Of a DNA stretch of 64,000 bases, positions 21,795 through 34,125 are shown piece after piece. The stretch's first letter is position 1. The number at the start of each line of letters is the position of its first letter. Position numbers and translations under genes: made by a program. The notes under the pieces were generated by a model, which ran no database searches, was not told the origin of the DNA, and worked only from the letters and a program-made list of their open reading frames with translations. The stretch comes from Lama guanicoe (taxonomy: Eukaryota), in NCBI GenBank assembly GCA_013239625.1, contig MU053606.1, forward strand, positions 124,001 through 188,000. The letters run 5' to 3'.

Positions 21795-22180
21795 TCCAAC
21801 TCATATGCTGAAGTCCTAACCCCCAGGACTACAGAACATGACCCTATTTGGGTTGTTGCAGATGTAATTGGTTAAGAAGAGGGAAGAGGTCATTAGGGTG
21901 GGCCCTAATCCAGTATGACTTGTGTCCTGATAAAAAGGGGCAATGTGGACACAGAGACACGTGTACATGGGAGATGACGTGATGAGATGTGGAGAGAAGA
22001 CGGTCGTCTCCAAGCCAAGGAGAGAGGCCTGGACCAGCCTCTCCCTCCCAGCCCTCAGGAGGAAACAGCCATGCTGACACCCTGCCTGCAGACTCCCCGC
22101 CCCCAGGGCTGTGAGACAGTGAGCCTCTGTGGTTCACGTCACCCTGTGTGCAGTGCTGTGTTAGAGGAAGCTCAGCAACT
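21795..22180 (+). mobile_element. MLT1A/B LTR inserted in an L2 fragment (L2 ~21590-22470)
   Basis: gggtgggccctaatccagtatgacttgtgtcctgataaaaagggg...caagccaaggagagaggcc. Confidence 0.82.
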
Positions 22181-22874
22181 TGCACCCCCTTCTCAAGGTC
22201 CTTAGTGAGGACAGCTCTGGCCATCTCATTTTAAACTGGAAATTGCCTTCCCCTTGTCTCTGCCCCAGAAATCCCCTCTCCCTGATTATATTATTTCTAT
22301 CACCTTCTAGAATACCATATATTTCACATGACTGTCACGACTGTAGTTTATGTTTTGCTCCTCCTCAGTCCTACAGGGACAAGTATCCTTATTTGTTCAC
22401 TGATGGACCTCAGGTGGCTTGACCAGTACCCGTGGCACAGCAGTCAATACAAATTGGCTGGATGGAAGGAGGGATCATTCCTTACATTCACAGGTGAGTG
22501 AACGAAGTTTCTGTGGGATTGAATGTTTCACTCAGGCACAGAGCTTGTAAGTGTCAGGCCAAGGTGGGTTTCAGGTACCTATGAACCTGAGGGAGGCTTG
22601 AGTGATTCTCTTTCCATTGGTTAGTATTTCTCAGGTGTCTCTTTTTCTGGCTGTAACTTTTGACCTCTTTCTGTTATTCTTTTACACTTTCAACCAGTTT
22701 TGTTTTAATTTTGCTTTGTCTCAGGTAAACAAATGAAATCTGTAAATCTTTTAACTCATTATTTATTTCATCTAAATACATCGTGATTAGTTATGAAGTT
22801 TTATTTCTGGCATCTTGTTTTGTGATTTCTATTTGCTTTGCTCTGCTTTTCTCCTGCCTGTTATATACCTTGCA

Positions 22875-23070
22875 GTCATGGTTAAGGGCATGGCGTCTAG
22901 AGACAGCCTATCCGGGCGTGGTTCCCTCCCTTTCTAACCATGTAACCAGGATATGTAATCCCTTTCAGACTCACTTTCTTCATATACAAAAAGTGGTACT
23001 ATCCATCTCAAAGACTGTGAGCAGTAAGTGATAAAATAGATGAAGAACTTAGAATAGTGACCGGCCTATT
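22875..23070 (+). mobile_element. MIR
   Basis: atggttaagggcatggcgtctagagacag...cttagaatagtgaccggc. Confidence 0.6.
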
Positions 23071-24529
23071 TTGCATTCTTCATTTTGACTTCTTTATTTC
23101 TATTCTCTTTTTAAACAATTACTTTAGAGATTACTGTTGAATTTTAATGAACACCCTAGATATTGAAGATGAAAATGTTGCTTAACCCATACATTGAATT
23201 TTATATACCAAATGATATCTGTATTTTGCTTCCATAAGTTCTGTTTAGTTCTTTAAAAAATTGATCTGTTTTCTTTTTCATGATGTCCTGATTGTTCATT
23301 ATGTTATATAAGATTCATTTTATCTTTTAATGATTCAGCCATACTTATTTTATGCTCTCTCTTAGATTGTTTCATAATTTTAGGCTCTGAAATATTAATC
23401 AGCCTGTGTTTTACAGTTAGCTCTTTCTTCCCTGTGGCACTTATTTCCTTCTGTTTTTAGTTGTGTGTCTGTGTGTGTGTAGAGTTGTGGGAATTTCTCT
23501 ATAGTGAGTACAATTTTTTCCTATGATTGTCCCTTACATTCTGGTTTTTAAAGTTTCCCTAGAGAACAATTTTGTGTTGCTTATCCTAAGGCTCCAGGTG
23601 ATATGATCAACCTTGAATTATTATATTTTTTGGTTTGGGAATTCCGGAATCTAAAGTGGAGTATCAATTTGGATTCCACATTCATATAAAGCAGGAGCGT
23701 GGAGATTAGATTTTTTTTAAGGGAGACTTTGTTTTTCCCTAGAGAACCGGTTGTTTCACCCCTTTCCTGTGTGCACATGTGGAGAACTTTGAGTCTCCCT
23801 TTCAGTGAAGAGGCAAGTCATCCAATACATCTTATGCAGAGGTTTCTATAAAGGAAGACTCTTGTACATCTGGTATGGACCTTTTTTCCTAAATGGACAT
23901 TGTATCCCTATTTATGTGCAGATGAAAACCCCTTCCCTCCAGGGTGTGGTGACATCAGCTCACAAGATTACTATTTTGGCATTAAGTGTCCTCTTTGTAT
24001 TGTCACCTGGGAACTTCTCTCCCCATAGTTAGCTCTGTGTTACTTTTGTTGTTGTGTTTTATCTGGCATTACTGAAAGATTTACTTAAAAGGGATCCTAA
24101 TTAGCTCTGTTTACCTGTTTCCAGAGCTGAAAGCTTCAGTTCCAGAGTATCTGTTTGATTTTTCTTAAAAATACATTCCAGTATATTTCTCTGGTGAAAG
24201 TCTTGACCCTGTTATATATTCTCCCATCATTTTCTTATTTTCTTGAATATATTAAAAGTATTTTATAGCCTTTATTATTAACTCTGATGCCTACATCACC
24301 TGGGGGTTTGCATCCATTTTCTAATGTTTCTTATTCTCATTTTATCCATCATATAGTCTTGACATGTTGCATGTCTAGAAATTCTTTATTACATGGCAGA
24401 CATTGCAAATGAAAAATCCATATCTTATCTTCCATGAGAGGTTTTCTACCTTCCCGTTAGGCAGACAGGGTGAGGGACTGATCATCTCACTCCAATCAGG
24501 CCCTGAGTTGTGTCAGGACAGAAGTGCCT

Positions 24530-26115
24530 TTTTTCTTAAGACAGCTTTGAGGTATACTTGGCAAAATAATTTTCACACATTTAAAGTGTAAAACTTAATA
24601 CATTTTGACATAAGTATATCCTCAAGAAAACATGACCACATTCAAAACAGTGAACATACCCATCACCCACAAAACTCTTCTCCTGCATTTTGTTGTCCCT
24701 CCCTCCCTCCCCGTCTGTTCCCCTGGAAACCATTGATCTGCTTTCTATCACAACATACTGGTTTGCATTTTCAAGATCATTGTATGAATGGATTCATGCG
24801 GTATCTACTGTATGTTGTCTGACTTCTTTCATTCAGTGTAATTATTTTGAGAGTCATCTGTGTTCCTGTATTAATAGCTTATTTTTCTTATAGCAGAGTA
24901 TTGCTTAGTGCTGATTTTTTCCTGAATAGTTTATTGTGAGCAGTGTTTTGTTAGACCACCCTTTTTTCTCCATTTACTTCTTGATGGCTGCATGGGTTAT
25001 TTACAACTTGAGCTATTATAAATAATATTGCAGTGAATATTTGGTTACAAGTCTTTGTATGGACATATGCTTTTCTTTTCTAAAACAAAAGATGAGGAAT
25101 GTCTGGGTTATATGGTAGATAGGTGTTTACCTTTTTTAAAGAAACTGTTAAATAGTTTTCCAAAATGGTTGTGCTATTGTAAATTCCTAGTGGTATGCAT
25201 CAGTTCTGGTTGCCCTACTTCCTTGCCAGCACTTTGTAAGGTCAGTCTTTCTAATCATATGCATTCTAGTATGCATGTGTACTAGTATCTCACTGTGGTT
25301 TTTAAAAGCATTTCTCTAATGACTAATGGCATTTTTAATCAGCATCTTTTCATATGCTTATTATCCACCTGGATATCTTTACTGAACTGTGTTTTCTAGC
25401 CTCATTCATTCATTCAGGTGTTTGCATTATTATTGAGTTTTGAAACCTTTTTATTCTGGATCAGACACAAAGAGAGACCTTTACCAGATATATGATCTGC
25501 AAATAGCTTCTGTCTATGGCTTGTCTTTTCATTTGCTTCACAGTGTTTAGAAGAGCTTTGAAGTCTTCATTTTTGTAAAGTTCACTCTATCAGTTACTTT
25601 TTAAAATAGATTATACTTTTGGTGTCATAGCAAAGAAATATTTGCCAAACCCAAGGTCATAAAGCTTAAGCCTATGCTTTTTCTCCTAGCTGTTTTATAG
25701 TTTTAGATTTCCTATTAAGACCTATGATGCACTTTGACTTAAGTTTTGTATATTTTGTGAGGTGTGGATCAAAGTTCATTTTTTTGCATATCATTATCTA
25801 ACAATTCCAGCACTACTTGTTGAAAAGATTCTTTTCTCCACTGCATCCTTTTTGAGAATCAATTGTCTATATAAGTGTTGGTTTAGTTCTGAACTTTCTA
25901 TTCTGTTGCATTATTCTATTTTCCTGTTTTACACCAACACCATACTTTCTGATTACTGTAGCTTTATAAAAAACGTCTGAAAATCAGATAGTGTAAGTCT
26001 ACCAACTTTGTTTTTCTTGTTCAAAGTTGTTTTGGATATTTGAGATCCTTTGCATTTTTATATGAATTTTAGAATCAGTTTTTAAATTCCTTACATCCTG
26101 TTCTGCCAAAATTCC
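24530..26115 (-). mobile_element. Old L1 (L1MD/L1ME-type) 3' portion
   Basis: Antisense L1 3' end (acagctttgaggtatac...catttaaagtgtaaaac) and ORF2-derived T-rich tract (ttttccaaaatggttgt, ttctctaatgactaatg). Confidence 0.85.
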
Positions 26116-27759
26116 AGCTATGTCTTTGCCCATCTCCAAAGCCACATTTTCTGAAGAAGTCTCTCTAGATCCCAGGTGAAAGGAATTTCTCTTTTGTCTG
26201 TGCTCCATTCACATTTCCTAATATTTGATTACATTTATTCATATTTGTCTGTATGTACTTGTCTGATCTTTCCTGCCATATAGTAAACCTCTCAAGATTA
26301 GGAATCTTGACTTGGTTCCCTCTGTCTGCTGAGAAAACTAGTTCTATGCTTTGCAGGAATGAGCCTTGTAGTAAGAGGTATCTTCAGCACACATCTAGCT
26401 CATTGCTTGCATATTGTCAAGGAATCCTGCAGATTTAGAATTGTTTATTGATTCTGGTCTCCAAGACAGCTCAGTCTTTTTTATTTCTATTACTACTGCT
26501 GCAGTTTCAAAGAACAATGGGCTAATTATTTTCCAAATATCAAAACATACTGTAATTGAGTTGTGATGCAAATTATGTGCTGCTGTGTCTTAAAAACCTG
26601 TTTAGTGTTCACAGGCTCCTTCACTCATGGAACTTTTGGGAGAACGATATATCCTTAGAGATAGCACTGCTGACTTTAGCGACCTGAGCAGCAGTATCTG
26701 AACTCACTCCTCCTGCATTTCCAGTGTCCCCTCTAGCCCTCCTCCAGCCCTCCATGGGGGGCCCTGCAGTTCTGCCCTCAAAAAGCCTATTGCTTCTCAG
26801 GAAGACTTCCCTATGAAAAATAATCATATCCTTCTTGTGGTGACATTCAGTCCAGTGATCTGACAGCAGGGGAAAATGTTTATTCTGCTTTTGGTAGAGC
26901 CTAAACTCTTCCATACTTGTTAGAAGCAAATCCAATGAGGAAATTGTGTTGGCATCTAACAAATCAGCATAAATGTCTGATGAGGAAGACCAGCTTCCCC
27001 ATCCCACTCAGGCATCATGTTGATGTGACACTCACCTTGGCTGACATTTTCTCCTGTGAGCAATGTAAAGTTCAAGATGTTATGAATGGCTTTTTGTTTT
27101 TCTTCCTTAGTCTTTCCACATTCACTGTGTCTGGTGAGATTATATGAATCCCTCTAATTTTCAACCCAGCACTAAGCTTTTTAAAAGGATCACGTGTTTA
27201 AAAGACTAGTGGACAATTTGTTAGAAGATCGAAATCCTTAGACTTTGGTCCTAGAGTTGAATCTTGGTTAGTGGTGAATGAAAATTCCTGTTAAAAGTTT
27301 AAATTCAGTGATATAAAGTTTTAAAAATAGTTAAGTATTGGTCAATTTCATTAAACACTATAGCAGTTATTTACTTTTAAGCCTGTTTCTGGGGCAATTT
27401 TGCAATGATTCCCTCCCTTTATTGATTCCCTCTTTATCAGAATCCTTGAGAGGCCCCTGTCATCACTGTCAGTATCATCATCATCATGGAACTGATTCCT
27501 CTGGAAGATTCTAGGAAAATAAAGAGATGGGTGGGGTTATGTGTAGCTCAGTGTGTGCATATACAATAAGAACAGTTGTCAGACATTAGATACAAGATAC
27601 CCATTTCATTTAGAGAAGAAAGTGGTCATGAAATCCTGATGTGGTGAATGAAGGAAGCGGTGGGAACAGGATAGTCAATGGAAAGGAGGAGGAATGGAGC
27701 AAAGCGGGGAGCATAGATACTTGATTATGTGATGGGCACATTGGTGAGAATGAGGGGAG

Positions 27760-28518
27760 TGTGGTGGCAGAATCATGTTCCTCCCCTGCCACAGGTTAGC
27801 CAACTGTGACATGTTACTGTACATGGCAAAAGGGATGACAGATATATTAGGAGAAAAATCTTAGAGGATTTCTGTCTTCTAAATTGTCTATTAGATTTTT
27901 AAACCCATGATACATTATTAAAGATTAATGGAGGGCCACAAATAAAAAGGATTCATATAATCTCACCACACATACTGAATGTAGAAAGACTAAGGAAGAA
28001 AAACAAAAAGTCATTCATAAGTGCCTTGAACCTTAGATTGCTCATGAGAGGAAGTGTCACACAAGTGAGTGTCACAGCCACATACATAATGCCTGAATGG
28101 GAGGGGAGAAGGAGATCCTGAGATGAGACAATAGTGTGAGTAACCTGGATTGTCCAGGTGGGCCGAATGTAACCACAGGGGTCCTTAAAATGGAGGACAT
28201 AGCCCAGCTGATTTTAAAATCAGAGGGAGGTGTAGCCATGGAGCAGTGTTCAGAAAGGCTGCTGACCATGAAAATGGAGGAAGTCGTGGGGCACAAGCTA
28301 AGGAAGGTGGGTGACCTCTGGAAACTGGAAAAAAAAAAACAAGGAATCATTCTCTTCTAGATCCTCTAGAAGGAAGGAACCCTGCTGGTAACTTGAACTT
28401 ATCTCAATGAGAACTGTGTTGGATCTCTGACCTCCACAGCCATAGGTGATAAATCTGTGCTGGTTTAAGCTGTTAAGCTTATGGAAGTTTGTTACAGTGG
28501 TAATAGAAAAATAACATA
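27760..28518 (+). mobile_element. MLT1D-like LTR, split by an insertion at ~27850-28110
   Basis: tgtggtggcagaat...tacatggcaaaaggga; cctggattgtccaggtgggccgaatgtaaccacaggggtcctta; tttgttacagtggtaatagaaaaataacata. Confidence 0.75.
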
Positions 28519-28838
28519 GTGAGCAGTAGTGTAAGGAATTGAAGTTCTAGGCTGGGGTGTGGAGAGGATTCTGACATTTACACCTGAAAAACAACCAGGT
28601 GCAGTGGGAAAGTGTTTTAAGGAAGACCTACCTGGCAGGGCTGTTAAGAGGACTGTTTGGTGTTAGGAGATCATTGGAGTAGAGGAATCATTTAAATCTT
28701 TACCAGAAAAATAAGGAATAAAATATAACAGGGCTTCAGTATTAGTGGATGCAGGAATGGAAATGGGCAGAGAGATATAAACATTACTTTGAAATTAGCT
28801 ACAGGTTTGATGATTGCATGTTGGGGAGAGTTAGCCAA

Positions 28839-29190
28839 TGTGTGGACTGAATGTTTGCATCCCCTCAAAACCCATATGTCAAAACCCCATCTCCCAGGGT
28901 GATGGTATTGGGAGGCGGGGCCCTTGGGAAGTGATTACTAGGATAAAATGAGGTCATGAGAGTAGAGCCCTCATGAATGGGATTAGTGCCCTTATAAAGG
29001 GCCCCAGATTGCTTGCTTCTCTCTGCTCTCTGGCCCATGAAGATAGTGGGAAGACAGCCATCTTCGAGCCATGAAGGCTATCCTCTCCCAGATACATTGA
29101 CCTCAGCCTCCAAAACTTAAGGAACATGGTGGTTGTTTAAGCCACCCGACCCATGGTAATTTGTTACAGCATCCCAGACTGACGAAGACA
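28839..29190 (+). mobile_element. MLT1A-like LTR
   Basis: tgtggactgaatgtttgcatcccctcaaaa...ccctcatgaatgggattagtgcccttataaa...tttgttacagcatcccagactgacgaagaca. Confidence 0.82.
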
Positions 29191-29356
29191 GTGGAGAATG
29201 CCTCTGAGTTTGGCACTGATTGCCTGGAGAATGCTGAAACCCAAGGAAGTGGGCAGCACAGACGTTTACTCATTTAATCCTGTCAACACGGTACAAGATA
29301 GAGTCTACATATTCCTCGCTATTTAAAAGGGAAGGAAAAAGAGGCACAAATAACAG

Positions 29357-29383
29357 CAACAACAACAACAACAACAACAACAA
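29357..29383. repeat. (CAA)n microsatellite within an antisense MIR (~29265-29480)
   Basis: Direct observation. Confidence 0.9.
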
Positions 29384-30188
29384 TAATTTTTCCAAGATTC
29401 ACACAGAACCCCCTGGAGGCAGAGTGAGAATTTATACTCAGGTAGGCTGACCCCAGAGCCCCTGCTCATAACTACTAAGTCAGATCACCTTGCTTATGTG
29501 GATCAATTTTTTTCAAGTGTGATATGAGGGTACTGTGTCTAGTAACTTATAATTTCAAAATACCTCACTGTAAGGGAATCATTAGTCGCAGGCATTGTAA
29601 ACCACAGAAAGCTAGACATACAAAACTAACTTGTTAGGGCAAGAAAACCAATAATGTTTTTAAATATTATACTTGCTGAATAAAATGTATATTTATAATT
29701 CTGTCTGGCTACAGAATAACTTCATAATCCTGAATGTGGCTGATGGCTCCCATGATGGACAGCACAGGCCTAGAGAATTTAAGTGACTTGTCCAGCCTCG
29801 CCCAGGAAGCTCGTGGTGGGATCAGAGCTATAGGCTGGGACTTTTCCTTCCTATCCAATAAGTCCCTCATGGAGGCTTAGAAGCTTCTCCTTTGGTGCCC
29901 AGCTGTCTATCCATACTTATGACATCTTGTCAGGTGTCCCAGCCTGCTCCTGAACATCAGCCAGTAACCACTTCTGCTCTTTTCTGGCCAGGTAATACAT
30001 TCTAGCAACTTCCATTGACTTCTTGGCATCAGTTCTTACCTGAAAGGGTAGTGGCTAGAGATGCAAATGTGTCCACATGACAGGGTTTTCATAAACATAG
30101 CAGGAATTGTCAAGAGAAGAAAACGTCAGGAAGATGAGTGGAAGCAGGTCATTTAATATACCAAATGGGTACTTTCAATTTATGTTTG

Positions 30189-30622
30189 TGTTTTCAAGTC
30201 CAGACTTGTTCTGCTCGTGAATTACAGGCCAATAAATTGGGAGACCAGGTTTTGGGGCAAGAAATAGCGACTTTAATTTGGAAAACCAGCTGAGAAGATG
30301 AAAGTCTACTGTCCTGGAAAATCATCTCCCAAAGTCAGAATTCAGGCTCTTTTTATATTAAAAAGGGGAAGCAGGAATGCTTGGTTGTTGCAAAGTTGGT
30401 TTATGAATTCTTTGTTGTTAGAATCTTTTGTTCTTGCAGCTCTTCACCTGGGTCAGATCCGTGTAAACCTCCAACAAACAAATGTTATTTTCTCTTCTGT
30501 AACTTGTTATCTTTATATGAATGGAAAAGTGTTAATATCCTTCAAAGTCAGAGGCTTGAGAATAGGGTCTCCTGTATATTTCAGGCTCTAGGCAACATTG
30601 TTTTACAAAAGGTGCAGAACCA
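30189..30622 (-). mobile_element. ERV1-class LTR (MER41-like), 5'-truncated
   Basis: Reverse complement aligns by eye with the LTR at 30953-31435. Confidence 0.75.
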
Positions 30623-30952
30623 ACACTCTCCTATGTGCCCAGTGCTGCTTTAAGACTTCTTTTATTATTTTTATTATTATTATTATTTTTATTTTTATCT
30701 TATAAAATAATAACATGCTATCCCTCACCCCTGCCCAGGGCTGGTGGAAAACCAACTTAGTTTTTCTTGAGTTGTTTTCCAAGTAGAGATGAGTTATAAA
30801 CAGAACACATCTTCTGGGCAAAACAGTCAGAGTGGTTTTCCAGCAGGGCAGACAGCTATGAAGGGTTTACAATAGAGGCACCCAGAGGCTGAGAGAGAAA
30901 GCCTCCAGGACCCTACAAAAAGCTGCCCAAAGTGCCTTCTCCATGGCACTAC

Positions 30953-31435
30953 TGAAATAGGAAAGAACAAATCTGACTCCATATTAGATCTGTTCTTTTG
31001 ACTTTAACCCTGTGCCCTGTTTCCTAGGTTTAATCTTGCTTGTGAAACAATGTTGCCTAGAGCCTGAAATATACAGGAGAGCCTATTCTAAAGGCTCTGA
31101 CCTTTAAGGATATTTAACACTTTTTCATTCATAAAAAGATAACAAGTTGCAGAATAGAAAATAACGTTTGTTTTGCTGGAGGTTTACGAAGTTTTGACTC
31201 AGGCAGATAGCTACAAGAACAAAGGATTCTAACAAAAAAGAATTCCTACATCAAGAAGTTTGCTACAACCAAGCACGTAGGAAAGGAGCCTGAATTCTGA
31301 CTTGGGGAGATGGATTTCCAGGACATTAGTTTGCCATCAAGGTCTACAGAAACTTGCTATTCCATGCCCCAACACCTGGTCTCCCAAACTATTGGTCTTT
31401 CCTGCACTGAGGGAATGAATTTGGACTCGGTAATA
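30953..31435 (+). mobile_element. ERV1-class solo LTR (MER41-like)
   Basis: Starts TG (tgaaataggaaagaacaaatctgactccatatt) and ends ttggactcggtaata. The family name is from recall only. Confidence 0.75.
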
Positions 31436-32089
31436 CTCCTATCTACCTAGCAAGCTGGGCACTGGAACTGAGGACAGCTCTCCCACACCCAGGGACCTAC
31501 TGTGAGCCCTTGATGGTTCCCCTAGGGTGGGGTGTGGTTTACTCAGGAGGGACGGGGATTATGCACCAACACAAAGGCAGTCTGCTCCCTCTGGGGCTCT
31601 GATTTTGTATCTCCCGCTCCCTGCCAGCCCAACACCTGGGACAGTGGAGCTAAGGAAGAGATCATGCCTGTCTGTTTCCCAGCTTGTAAAAGGGGAATAT
31701 GTACTCTTCCCAAGGTAGTTCTGAGTGACAACACCCGCGGGTGCTTGGTTCCCAGAGCAAAAGGAAACCCAGCTCCGCGTGGGGGCAATGGGTGTGATCT
31801 CTGTAGGGGTTCTGCAGAGGCCTCGGCTGGAGGGCTGGACCAGGGAGGTAAAATTTGAGCTGCGGGCCTTGAAGTGTTAGAGAAGGGTACAGAGGAAGGA
31901 CTGCAGCCTCCTTCAGGGTGCCCCCAGAGGTAAAGCTTTTAATCTCCATCTCTGCTACTCCTCTCCCCCCTCCAGATCACTCCCTTCTCTCTGCACCTCC
32001 TGTCCATCTGTCTCCCTCCACTTTTCCCCTCCTCTCCACCTCCTCCCATCTTCTCCCTCCCTCACTTCCCCAGCTTCTCTCACAGAACC

Positions 32090-32859
32090 CAGAGGATCGC
32101 TGGCCCTCCTGCGCATGCGCAGTCAGTGCCAGCTGGACCGCGGGTTGAAAGCTCCAGCTCCGAGCCTGGGATCGGCCCCAAAGGCTTCTCAGCTCTGTCG
32201 CCCAGTAGACCTTTGGCTCCTGCCCCGGTCCGGGGCCTATGGCTGTGGAAGTGCAAGGTGGGGGGCTCACGGGAAAGGTTCAGGCGGCTGCGGGAGGGCG
32301 GTCCGCGTGTCACAGCCCGCGAGAGCTCAAGTCAGCGTCTGTTCAGCTGAATTGCTCAGGCCAGACCCCTCTGCCCTCGCCACCTGCCCCGGTTCCCCGA
32401 CCACAGCTGTCCAGAGCCAGGTGTGCAACTGCCACCTCTCGCCTCAGCCGGGCTCCCCTCAGTCCGCGGCTGGCGTCCCCTTCCCCTCTCCAGCCCGCGA
32501 GTCCTCTCCTCCCCGGCTTCCTCCCCTCGGCCGCCTACCCATACCCGTCCCTGGGCGGGTTGCGCCCCGGGACGGCGGGATCGGCGGACCCGGACGGGAG
32601 CGAGCGGCAGGGGCTGGGGCTGGCCTCGAAGCGAGGCTGCAGCCCGCGTCCTCAACCTACCCGCTTTCCCTGCCCCGTGACCACGGGGCTGCCCTCCTCT
32701 CCCTTTCCTGATCCCTGAGGACCAGCTCAGTGGCGTGGTCGCTGCTCCCCGGTCTGAGAGCTTCAGGCTGTAAATACCAGCTTCTCCTGGTGGAGTTGGC
32801 AAAAGGGAGCGTCAGTGCTGAGGGAGCTTCTGTCTCCTCCCTCAGTGTTTCTGCCCCAG
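32090..32859 (+). promoter_or_regulatory. CpG-island promoter with candidate first exon
   Basis: Dense CpG; perfect NRF1 palindrome TGCGCATGCGCA at 32110-32121; consensus donor CAG|GTAAGT at 32859/32860 and a weaker CAG|GTGTGC at 32420/32421. Confidence 0.75.
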
Positions 32860-33829
32860 GTAAGTTCCTTGAACGTTTTCAGGTGTTATGATGGCGGTGC
32901 TTGTTGATGTCACGTGTTTTTATAGTGAGAGGGATTACAGTGTTGAAAGCAGGGCTTGGTCCAGTTAAAAATGAGCTAAAGGCATTAATCTGTGTCATCC
33001 TTCAGGCTTCCCTCTCCCAGGGTGAAACGTGTGACCATCGATTTTAGAAAGATAGTTACAGTCCCTAACTAGTCCAGCCCAGCTAGTGTGTGTTAACAGG
33101 AACAGCACCACCAGAGGCGTTGGAGACCTAGGGACATTGCAGTCCTAAAGAGATCCTGGCACAGTTTGGTTTGTTTTGGTTTTTTGTTTTTCTTAAATTG
33201 TGTGGCAGACTAGTTGTATAGAGGGGAAAATAATTGTCAAGAAATATTTTTTTCATATAACAGCTTTATTGTGATATTGTTCACACACCATGAAGTCCAT
33301 CCATTTAAATGGTACAATTCAGCAGCTTATGGTGCAACCTATTCCAGAACGTTTTCATCACTTCAGAAAGAACAGTGGAAATGAATGACCTATCCACCCT
33401 TCCCCAGTGGTGGTTCTAAAGATGTTTCTTGGCTGTTCCTGACCGTAAATTAACTTGTTACATCCTATGAAAAATATGGTAGGAATTCTAATCAGAATTG
33501 CATTGAATCTGTCTATCAAAACAGGAAGAATTAATGTCTTTATGGCATAAACTTCTTCTACCCATGAATATATCTGAGACCCTATCTTTTCATCTGTCCA
33601 GATCCTGGCCCATGGGAAGTCCTCACTAATTGTTGGGCTTGTGAATGATGAGATTCTATACATTGTTAGTTGCAAATGTAGCATTTCACAGAAGAGAAAA
33701 GTAACTTCAGTGAAACCAAGTGACTGATGGTCAGAAAGGGTGACAGTCAGTGCTGGAGTGATCCAGTGTACTTGCTGCTTGCAGCAAGAATTCTCCACCA
33801 CCTACAGCTACGGGGATTACAGTGTTCTT

Positions 33830-34125
33830 TTATTTTTTTTAATTACTTGTTTTTATTTTTCCAATTATTTTTTATTGAAGTGTAGTTAACTTACAATGTT
33901 AGTTTCAGGTGTACAGCAGGGATTCAGTTATAAACATATGCATATGTATATACATACATTTAGATTGTTTTTAGTACAACTCATTACAAGAACTTGAATA
34001 TTGTTCCCTGTGCTATACAGCAGGTCTTTGTCATTTATTTTATATTTATTAATGTGTATCTGTTAATCCCCCTTTTCCTGCCTGCTAACCAGTTTGTTTC
34101 TATGTCCATGAGTCCATTTCTAGCA
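33830..34125 (-). mobile_element. L1 3' end (younger, lineage type); older L1 pieces at ~33245-33600
   Basis: ttttattgaagtgtagttaacttacaatgttagtttcaggtgtacagc...gttccctgtgctatacag. Confidence 0.8.
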
